From Owenia fusiformis (Eukaryota): 64,000 bases of DNA. The stretch is from NCBI GenBank assembly GCA_903813345.2, contig CAIIXF020000001.1, positions 47,864,001 through 47,928,000 of the forward strand, given 5' to 3'. Position numbers and translations under genes: made by a program. This document shows, piece after piece, positions 42,501-54,500 of this stretch (its first letter is position 1; each line of letters begins with the position of its first letter). Below the pieces are notes generated by a model. The model saw only the letters and a list, made by a program, of their open reading frames with translations, had not been told where the DNA came from and did not search any database.

Positions 42501-45500
42501 ATTTTTATATTTCACTACGCCAACATAGGGACTCATTTTCGGGTAAAATCCCTGCTTCACCGATGAAAATTAACGAATAAAGTAGTTCCAGTTTACGGGA
42601 CTATATTCTTGCGATTTTTTCTGAAAATGGCACATTTAGAAAGTACTTGGCCTCAGCTTTACATACATACCTCAAATGGCCACATTGCATACACTTAAAC
42701 CTACTATACACACCATTGAAGTTGACATGGCTTCGTTTTTAAAGTATTAAAAAAACACTACCCTACCCGGAAGTGCTATTTACCGGAGTGACACCTTTTC
42801 CAAACGATTTTTTTACTTCCTGTAGAGATGTGCTAGACGAAAAGCGTAAAACTCAAGAGAAATTACCGGGAATATTTCTGATACGGGATCTGATACGGGA
42901 TTTTTGCTGATACGGGATCCAATACGGGATCTGATACGGGATTTTGGCTGATACGGGATCTGATACGGGATTTTTCAAATAACACTTTTATTCCCTGTTA
43001 TTTTCCCAGGGAAAACATGTTATTATGGAATAATTTGAGCTTATTCCCCGGAACAGAGGCTGCAATACGCCATATAATGGTTTTCTAATAAACATGTGAC
43101 AAGTATAATCTAAGAAAATCCCTTGCCATATCCCCGATAATTACCACGCAATATGAGATGAAACTGTATTACGTTGTCGAGCAATTCCATGAATTACATC
43201 CACTTCTTTCCATTAAAAAATGATTTATGTACTTTGCAAGTTATTTTCAAATTATTCGTCTCATCTCTTCCCATATAGGTTGCATTTTGATGTAACATAT
43301 TTACAATTCGCATTTTCTTTTACAATGCCAAAAGCATCGTATCATATGGGTAAAATACTTATCCGACCAGCTGTTATTCAAATTATGAGTTAGAAAGAAT
43401 AGCACTTGGACAAGATACTTTACACCGTCGTGTATCGATTTTTGTTTGTTCCTCAAACATGCTAAAACATGAGTCAACCTTGGTATGCGCAGCTACAATT
43501 AATGGACCGTGTTATTTCTTAATTCAAATTACCCACATCTTTCTTTTTATTGACTTTTTCGCATCAAAATTGAGAGCTTCCGGACATTCCAAGGCATTCA
43601 TGTAGATTTTAAATATGACAAGAAAGAGTTGTTGTCAGCTTATCGGGATGCAAAATGCGAGTAAAACATTTTGGTCAGGTGCCCAAATGCATAGGTAGCG
43701 CCGAGTGTAGCGTGTAACAGTTCAATGCTTTGGACTTGTGCTTATCGATGAGTGTAGGCTAGTCATGACAGGAGTTCCAATGGGAATTCGCGGTTATGTT
43801 TGATGAAATCCTCAATGATGTAAACAGCCTACAACAATATCAATCTCATTCTGATCCATGAATATTGATTCCTCGATATTCTGGGACAAACTATGAACTG
43901 GCGACTGACACTAGTTTGCAATTGCTTTACCTGTTTGTCATTTCTATTAACACTCTTTTGAACGCTCTGCGTTTCGAGGATGTTCTCCCTTGGATTTGAC
44001 TCTGTTGATCATCCCACAACATATTTCACTTATCCTCTCTCTTGGACAATCTTTTTGAAATTGTCCGGCAGCGTATCTTCGTTTTTTCACTAGGAAACTT
44101 TGTTTGAGTTGTTCGACAACAAAGTCCCGACTTGTGCTCTCTCTCCAAGATAACTTTGTTGTAATTGTCCGATCATGTATTTCACTGTCTCCTTATTTCG
44201 GTAACCTTATTTTGATTGTCCACGACAGCGTATTTCAAGTTTACTTTCACTTTGTCCGATCATGCCACAACAGTGTCGCGATTTAAGAGTAGCCAAAATT
44301 TGGATTTTTATTGTAATGAAATAAACCGTACGAGCTTTTTTTACTTTACACAAGGCCTAGATGATAAGAAGACTACTTACATTTTAAGTATGCTGTTTCG
44401 ATTTTTTCGCAAATATTTTCAAAGTCGATTTCATTACATGCCAACTTATTTGTCCTTTCATTTGGACACCTTTTTGCGTAATCACTTGTTCTTACTTAAT
44501 TTTTTACTGCTTGATAAATTGTCAAGAACAGTTACATTGAGTTCTATAAGTATGAGAATTGCATGACGTCTTGATATTTCAAGGTGACTCATTCGAAAAG
44601 TGATGGCGGTGATCGAACTTACCATCTAAAGATAAAACCGAAATGAAATATTTGTAGATTTCTTTGAAAAACCAAGAAATATACATCACACATCAAATTT
44701 TTCAAAAAAAGAAAAAAACATGTATAAAAAGTAAGGCGTGCAGGTCAGATTCTCCCTGGTAGCATAAACATTGCTCTCATACATGTCATACAATTAATAT
44801 TTGAAATACAACTATCATTCGAACTTATGATCGGACGTAAATATGATGTTACTTTATCCATCATACTTATGTCCGATCATAAACTTGAATAATAGTTGGG
44901 TTTCAAATATTAATTGTATGACTTATACGATACCAATGTTAATGCTACCAGGGGGAATCGGACCTACATGTCTTACTATTTATACATGTTTTTTTCTGTT
45001 TTGAAAAATTCAATATGAGACGTATATTTCTTAGTTTTTCAAAGAAATCTACAAATATTTCGATGCGATTTATCTTTACACCGTCATTTCAATCACCGTC
45101 ATCATTGTACGAACGAGTAACCTTGAAACATTTATTAAGCAGTAAAAATTAATTTCCATCATGGGTGACAAAATGTTTCTACTTTCCCGTTGAATGTCGA
45201 GTCTCACATCATACGAATGCAATTTTAGGCGATCTGTCTGCATGAGGTATTTTAGGAGGAGGAGGAGGCACATTTTTATACCGTTTCCAATAGTTTTAAT
45301 TTTGCTTCTTTAAAAGACAGCATTAGCTACATTCTTTGAGTAAGAGATAACTATAATCTACCTTAACCAATCAGATTTAACAGAATGCGGTCGATTAAAA
45401 TCTAACAACACTATCCAATTAGAAAACCATTGAATTGTATGCTTTGATAAGAACTTTGAATCATTTCATTATGAAATTTTCGTTAAAGGCCGAGACAGCT

Positions 45501-48500
45501 ACTTTTGAGGCCAATAAGATCTCAACAGTATCATAACTTTATCTATTTTCTCATTCTGATTTATCAGAGTCCCTCTTTACCTAATGCTTTTGAGAGATCC
45601 AAAAGGATAGTAAAGGCTGTGGATCCCACAATGCTATTTTCACAGTGATTTTCTAATTATCTAGTAAACTATGAATATTGGACTAGACACAGTGTAGTAT
45701 TTTTGTATTGTCCAATTCAGAGAGTCCAATGAAATGAGCTCTGACACCCATGGTGAGTTTTTATGCGCTTGTAGGCTTACTTCGACCTAACAGATGAACA
45801 TATTTTACAGGGGCATTTACTGTGTGCTTTTTCATCAGGAATGTTCTATTTTCGTTCTATACCAGGACTCTCATTTATTTAAGAAATACTCGACTATAAA
45901 ATCATCGTTACAAGCAATCGCTCGTTCTCATTACAGCAGAGAGGAGACCTACTTCATTCAATTGATTTCCAACTTTGTGGACATGCAAATCTCCAAATGT
46001 TCTGTACAATGTATTTCCTTTGCCCTTCTCTAATAATCGGATTTTAGGACAGAAATAATTGTTTTGTTGAAAAGTCGACGAGTCATTAATGACAAATTTA
46101 CCTTTGAAAAAATCCGAAAACTTGCATTCTATGTTATTATGGTTGTATACATCGCAAACAATTACATTCAATGACTTTAATTTTCATTCCTAGTTAACAA
46201 CTGATACGTAGGGTCCAAATCATGCCATATCATTATAAAATAGTAAGAAAAGATATATGTATCATTTGACATTTTGATATCAGACGAACGCGATATTAGG
46301 CATCAATAAATTATGCTCACATTTACAGATATTGTCTTTGATGGTTTTATTTCGTGTTCTTTAGAGAAGCGTGGAGCCTTAAGTATTGGCTCAGTAACTC
46401 GATTCTTCAGGTTATATGTGCTGATGTCCCATTAGGCAGATTGGATTGTCTTTGATGGAGGGTATTGTATTCGTAGGGAGCTCATTATACCATCAGTTGC
46501 GTTTCTAGATCTAGAGGATCTAGACAATGTATTGCTGAATTACCTGAATTACCTGAATTACCTGCCCATGCATGTTTAATCGCTCAAACTGAGTATTACA
46601 TATCTTGGCAAAATTTAACGGAATTAATTACTACATATGATTTATCTAGAATAATATAAACTTGCAGCCTAATAATAGCTTGGTGTTTGCTGCCAATCTA
46701 GTGGGCCATACGCCATTATCGAATTCGACCAATTAACCTTTGAAGACCCTAGATCTCTCTGGTCTTCCTTGTACATTTGCAATATGATTTTAACATTAAT
46801 ATTTTATATCGTAAATGCTTTAGGTGCATGTTCTAATTGACTAATGAATTACTCCTGGTGCAGGGCTTCTGCTGAAGGACTTGCGTAATCAAACGAAATG
46901 CCTCAAATCAATACTGGGAACTTTGGAAGTTTCAATCTTATTGCTCAATAGTAAGTACCGATTCGTTCATTTCACTCTAACACTCATTTAAGTATGATTT
47001 GGATTCAAACGAGTTCAAACTGCATTCCATTAAGGTAATTGGTTCCTAATTGCCACCAGCTATGTTTTCTACTAACTACTGTCAGACCCAACTTCTTTCG
47101 TTGTGCTACACCCTATCTGAGCTACCATCTGACCTGTCCGCTATTTACTGATGGCTTCCTTAACTTTCCAACATACTTCACCAACCCACTTTCAAGAATC
47201 AATCCCAGCAATCACAAAAACCGATCCAAACATCATCTCAAATTATACTTATCAAGTGATTTTGGAATCAAATGTTTCAATAATTTCGTTCAAAGTCACG
47301 CACGTCTATTGATGTAAATTGCTGAAACAATTGGATGAAAAGCCAAACGCACTTGGTGATCGACCAGTCTGAGGTCTTCGAACCTAAGCAAAGACCATCG
47401 GGTAGAAGCAATCACTTCAGAAAATAAGGTTCGATTGTGGGTCATTTAATCTAGCCAATCATCCTAAAATCCACTAAGAAATTGATTTTCATTTCGTTAT
47501 TTTTATGTTATATTTGGGAAAGTATAGATCGATTGGAAGATTTGGGTAATAAATGTATTTTTGTCTAACCTTTAAAAGCATCACGATTTTTTAGCTAATG
47601 ACACTCTCTTATTTCGTTAGGATAACACGAGTATGCAGAGGGCCCGAAGACAAATGTGTTAATCATAACGGAGTTTACCAACGATAAACATTCAATAAGT
47701 CAGAAAATTGCATTTGCCGCACGAAACTAATGCTTTATTACTTTCGCTAATTTAAGAGATGGAGAATCTTTGTCACGAAAATTAATTATGATTGTCAATA
47801 ATGAAAGTAAATGTTTGAGAAAGGATAACTCTTAATCCCCCGACTTACGGACTATATTTTTATCATGGCTGTTATTCCATTAGTGATAGTCCCGCTGTTG
47901 TACTTCTGAATCCCAAAACGATGCCGTGTCTATATGCCCTCATAGATCTTGTAAACCTTTCGTGTGACAGGGTGATATAACAAACAGAAATTGGGATTAG
48001 TATATACGAGACATTCAAGAAGTAATACCTACTTCTAAGTTGGTGCAATAGGAAATTACCAATACAGTTTGTGTAATGGGATTTTACAGCTATATAGTTT
48101 TTGTCATATTGCTTGAATTCTTCCGCAAAAATCTTTCGCAATAAATGAGAAACACGTATCAGACCTTCTTCGCTCAAAATTATTCTTAACAATCAACATA
48201 GTGTTAATGATTAAATACTATTAATACGCAATGTTTATCAAACACATTGTACATAGGGCAGCCATGCATCGGGTGCCATTTTGATACTGCTTTGTTGGAA
48301 TTAGAACCCATTGCCGCACGAAAGTAATTTGAATCTATCATTATTAGAGTAAGTTCACAACTCCTCAGGTTAAGCTTACAGAACACAAGAACACATTTAG
48401 CATCAGTAATCATAAATATACACTCCATAATTTCCCCGTAGATAGGCTACATTTGTATGCGCTTTGGACCATCTATCAGATACAAAACATCACTTTCCAA

Positions 48501-51500
48501 AATCGTGACCTGGTGTCGAAGGCGATTCTTACACATTGCAATATTGTCTTTAGGAATAAAAAGCTACTTACCGGTGTAGTCGATTACTCCATCTTTATTA
48601 AGATCAGCATCTTTGAGCATTGCGTCAATCTCTTCCTCAGTAAGTTTCTCTCCAAGCTCAACCATGGTTGTCTTCAGCTCTTCTCTCGTTATCTTCCCGT
48701 CGTTGTTCTTGTCGAATACCCTGAATGCCGCTCTCATCTCCTCTGCTACGGTTGTCGAGTGATCAATCACGCTGTGGAAAACTCTCATCAGCTCCAATAG
48801 TTCATCAAAGCTGATCACTTCATCGGCTAAATAAGAAATAATTTCGTTTTGAATATGCTTACAAGCTACTGGGGAGCATGTATACACAAAGTGAAGACCC
48901 ACATTTGATATGTGTTTTTTGCTTCATCGTTTGTACAATTTTCCTATTTGATCAACAATGCAAAATGTGTTGGAGACCGTCTCGGTATGTTTCATTTCAT
49001 TTCAATTATTCAAAAAAAAACAATAAGGAAAGTCCAAGTTAACATAAATGTAGGTACGGGTGCCAAGTTCATCTTGATTTCCGTGGTTTTAATCTCGTGC
49101 CACCCTTGAAGTTGAAAATGTTCCAAGTTAATTTAGGAATTCAAACACATACCATCACTATCGACTAGTTCCATCATAGTGTTGATATCACTCTCTGGTA
49201 TATCGGCCCCGAGTCTCGTAAGGAAATCCAAGAGTTGTTTTTTCGTGATGCCCCCGTCGTTGTTAGTATCAAGCATGTCAAATGTTTCTCGATATGCTAC
49301 AAATATATTTATACACTGGTATGTATATTTTGGGGATCGACTGATGGGCATCAATCGCTGCACCGATAGACAAATTGAATTCTAACTTTTCCAAACGTTA
49401 TATGCCATAATTTTATGATCATTGTAAGTCTTGCATCATGTAAATTTGGAAACCATTGTCATAATTACTCTGTTTATGAAAATCCCACTAGACAGTACCC
49501 AATTCTGAAATTATACTTATAATTTGGATGTTGGTACATAACTTACTATAATACGTAGGTGTAGTTTATTTGTAATATAGGTTTAGCGAAACTATAACTC
49601 TGATTTTACTCCTTATTTTACAAATATATAATCATTACAAAGTCATAAACCATAAAATGGCAACTAACCCCCCCCCCCCCCCCCCCCTATCACATCAACT
49701 AGTTCTCACCCGTTCTTCCAGTCCTACAAAGAAGTCGTAAAACGGGCTAAATATGGCTGTGGTTAAGAAAAATGTCTAAAATAATTAGTTACTTCGTTAT
49801 AATTAAGTTTATACTTCAATACAACGATCTATTATTGCACAACATCGTCAACACATCCCTTGTCTAGTAGGTCATATCGTTTGGAGTACTTATACGTTGT
49901 CACACACGATCTAATTACGGAACGGTGTGGTCCCCATCGAATTTGAAATGGTTCAAAATTCTAAATCACATTCCCGTCCGAGCAGGTCCATGAAGTTTTT
50001 AACCACAGAAAGTTGCAGCTACGTTCATTCCGTTCGCAAACAGTTTAAAAACAATACAGCAACGTTTTTAAAAAACGCATTAATACGTCCTTAAACAGTT
50101 TAAAGTTAGTTAGTTCTAAAGAATCGTATATTAAGACTTCGTCTCGTGCCAATACAAAATTTCTCGTGCACAATATATCCTGTATTGCACTTCAAATCAT
50201 TCAATAACTTATTATGACACGTATCCCAGATGTAGGCAATTGATTACATTGACGTGATTTAATGCACTGTTGTCACGTGGTCTGATATGCATTATAGAAA
50301 AAATGTGATCAGTGTAGTATGTTTCCAAGTTCATGAGGTAAGTTTACAATAAACTACGGTGACATATGGCGTAACAAAGTTTGTTGGCAACAATACTTGT
50401 GGCATATATGCAGTGGGAAACGGAAGATGTACCACTATGGTCGGCATGATCTTTGCCAAATTATTATTTCAAATTAACTTTCGATACAAACGTGAAACAT
50501 GGACTTGTAGGGCGATTGAAAATGCCAGATAAATGTCTAGGTATATATCACGCAATCAGCCTATAAATAACCAAGATACTCACTCCAACTGACTATGAAC
50601 TGAAATGCATGCAATACTACTGTAGTAATATATATCAACAACAATATCTAGTAAAACAGAATGTCAATGAAACAGCTGCAATTCAAAATTAAAGGTGGTA
50701 TCAAATCTAGCACGTAGTAAAAGTAGTAGTCGTGACAATGATTGTTTCAATCTTAGAATATTTCAGGCTTAAATTTTTAAACTTTTGAAAACTTTTGAAA
50801 AATTCCCGGGAGCGAGATGGATATCTTATATCTGTCCGCATTTTGGCCTGGAGCGGGACTTGTACAATATATCCTGCCCGCTCCTCAGATATGATATATA
50901 TTCCAGGGTGATATACCCCCAAGCTCACAAGTATGAGAAACATCATTCCATGTCATGTCAATTTTCTAAAGTGTGTATACTTGTGAGGAATATATAAGAT
51001 TTTTACAATTAAGCATTTATAAATATGGCTACTATACCATCTTTTATTATTGAGGACAATTTGAACATTTTTCTTAAACAACTTTTTTGCCTGTAACAAA
51101 GTGTTGCACCCTCGAAGGTACGATTTTTCTTTTTTCACGATTTCACGAGTTGTGAAAAAAATCTTCACGACCTCTTTGGCACACACATGTGTCAGCATCA
51201 TATGTTTATGAACATCTAATGATTTGTGAACGAATAAAAAAAGTATATCGATGATTCTGTGGTCTCGTAAACCATTCATTTTGATTTTCTAAAACATATA
51301 ATACTGACACAGTTTTTGTCAAAAATCGGAGATTCTGCCTACATCTCTTGAGATCAAGGAAAAGGTAAAATCGTACCTTCGTAGCTGCGACATTTTTTCG
51401 TAGCATTTGGAAGAGTAACTCCACACTTATATAGGTAGGTCAACTGTACATGTTGCTTAAAATGTTGTCACTCCCAAAGATCTGATTCTCCCTTTAAGGA

Positions 51501-54500
51501 TAGCAGCATAACCGGAGCATAATAGCCTCGTTTTATTAGTGCTCCGTCGTTTGTTTCTATCAGTCTCAAGACTCATCCATAAATCAAATCCACCGCAATC
51601 TGGTTTTGAGTACAGATCAAACTCAAAATAAAAGCTGTAATATCATTTTCGCAATAACATCGAGTGGATTTCAAAGGATACATTTCATAAAAATGTAAAT
51701 GTATGCAAAATTCATTTGTTGGGAGAAGTGTAGTTTTAGTACAACAGCCTTGCAATGTAAATACCATGTCTGCTTGATATTATCGTTCTCTAGACGACGG
51801 ATGGTTAAAAATACTATATATTAAATGAGCAATTAATTAACTGGTCACCTTGACACCATCCCTTAGAGATCTTGAATGCTTCTGATACTCAAATTAAGCC
51901 AGACTTGTAGGGTACTGTCCTATTTTCATTAGAAGACGATGGCGTTCATTAATCTTAGCGGAGATCATTGCCAAAAGCATTACATTGCCTGATGTCTGTT
52001 CTTGTTGAAACCACGTGAGGCATCGTATTAGTATGCTTATCAACACGCCCATGCCCTTGTTGTCTCTCGAGAAGGAGATCTACATAAGAACTCTTGACTA
52101 GACAACTGTACGTACTTTGTGTATGAAATGCGTGGCGCATCTACAAGTTGCGATCCATACATATTCTGATAAAAATCTTTTCATTTTACATGTCAATGCC
52201 TTGTATTAATGTGGAGGAAGGAACGGACGTCCTTTGCAAGGGTGTATATTATATCATCTATCGACAGTCTATTGAGATAGGGACACCGTGGTTCCCCAAA
52301 ACGGTAAACAAATTGTAACTTGTTTCCTCGTGCTTAATTGCAATTGTGTTTTAATGATTTATATTTAATCAATTCAAATCTAATATTTGCATACATATAC
52401 TGTATATATTAAATTGCCGCTTATGTTGTAAAACCTTGGCAATTAGCTAATTGAAATCTATTGTAATTGTTTTATATTAAAAATAAATTGATAACATGAA
52501 CAAAAAAATATTCAAATCCGAAAATTGTTTTTGATTTAGCAAGTGGAATTGACCCAGGACACATTTTGACGCCTATATATACATCCCAGTTAACTTGATA
52601 TGTTAAGCATAATGTTAAAACATATTTTATTATCGATATCATTTTGTTTCATATAGTTTTTTGCAATATATTTTTCAAATGATTAAAGAAACGTAATACC
52701 TTATTCAAGAAAATGCACTAAAATAAATATGAATAATTTTTACATCATTTGCTATTTAGGAACTACTAACTGCTGTGATTGGCAAACGTGTACTTCATTT
52801 TAAAGCCGAAGTAAATTCATTTAGTCTGATTATTTGATGCTTGATGTCATGAATCTTTTTTATATTAAGAATGGAAAAAAACATCGGTTGAAGAATTGTA
52901 AAAACGTAATTTTGACACTGCAAGAATTTCTGATTATTTATGAAAAAAGTCGGAGTATGTTTTGTGACATGACTCTCTGCACCATACGACAACATATTTC
53001 TCTTAATCAGCAAAATGACTCTCCCGACAGTCTATGTGGTATATTCGAAGAAACCATAACTCTCAAATGTCAGAGTTTCTTCTAACGCAAGAATCAATGA
53101 TCTTATCAATAGAGACAAGTCTATCAAGGCAAAGTATGTTACTCATAGAGTTATTAAGTCAATATACAGCACTAGCATTGATAACTTGATATTGAGCTAT
53201 TGGACAAAGTAATTGCAATTGATCTTGGCAATGACGAGTGACGAGAGTCAGTTGCTTTGGGTATGCAGTTGATGCATAACATACGTCAATTTCTATCAAC
53301 TGCGTAGGACCACTTCAGATAATTGGAATAAGGACTAGAATTGTACAAATTAATAGTCTGAAGATGCAGTCATAGTTGAGACGTTAATGCTTGGAAAGAG
53401 GTTTATTGGTTTCTTCATGAGCTTTGGTATCAAATCCTACGTTATGAATAAAAAACATATTTACCTGACACGTCTTCTTCCGAGAGTACAAAGCTATCAA
53501 CGCTTTTTGCTGAAAATGCACCAATGGAGGTTGAACTTGCTCCTGAAGCCACTGAATCTTTGGTGCCACTTCGTGGCCTTGAAAGGGTTAATCCTATGTT
53601 GCTAGAGTCCAGACTGACAGGTAATGAAGTTGGTCTGGCCCGTGATTCTTTTGCCCCACTCATACCATGTGGTACACTGCCATTGGAACCCACTGCTTTG
53701 GGAGTTTGACTGTTAGATGTTGTGTCAATTGGGGTATCAAATACTGTATGTCCATTCAATATAACTTTTGGTACATCCTTATTGGTCATAATAGGTGGGG
53801 CTCCATTTTTGCGAGGCACTGTTGTATCAAGGAACTTTGCACTACCATTGTTCAGGTAGGTTGAGTTTGAAGACTCATACGACAGTACAGAATGACTTGG
53901 GGAAAGGCTCTCACTGTAGGACTTGGTGCTTAGTATAGGGGAATCATTTACTCCTATACCCAATTGCTTTTTAGCTATTTTGGGTGAGGGGAAAACAAAA
54001 CAATTTTCTTCACTTGATAGATTGCGTGGTGAAGGGGATTTAACACGCCTTGGGCTGTTCCCTAGTTGAGGATTTATATAGTATGTATGTGTCTCCTCGT
54101 TGCCTTTAGCGTCAGTCGTGGCTATCACATCCTTGAGTTTATCCTCAATCACCTCCAAACTTAGAGACTCCTCCACAAAGTTTACTTTCCCTTTAGAGAT
54201 ATCTGAAGGCTGGATCCCATAATGTATTGACCGATAGGTGGCGCCGGTTTGGCTAGGGGCACGGCATAGTAGGCTTATTTCACGCTTAAAATGTCTATCA
54301 AACATATGATCCAGTATTTCACAGCTGTCCGGGAATTTGAAGTGGCAATGATAGCATCGAACCGTCGGAGCTTGCACTGAAACATACCAACACTGGCTGA
54401 TAACGTGCTATAAATATAATTCAAAAGTATAACAAACGTATGCCCCATGCCAGGATTGCCTCTGAAAAATATTATGGCAGGTTTAAAAATAGAATTGCAT

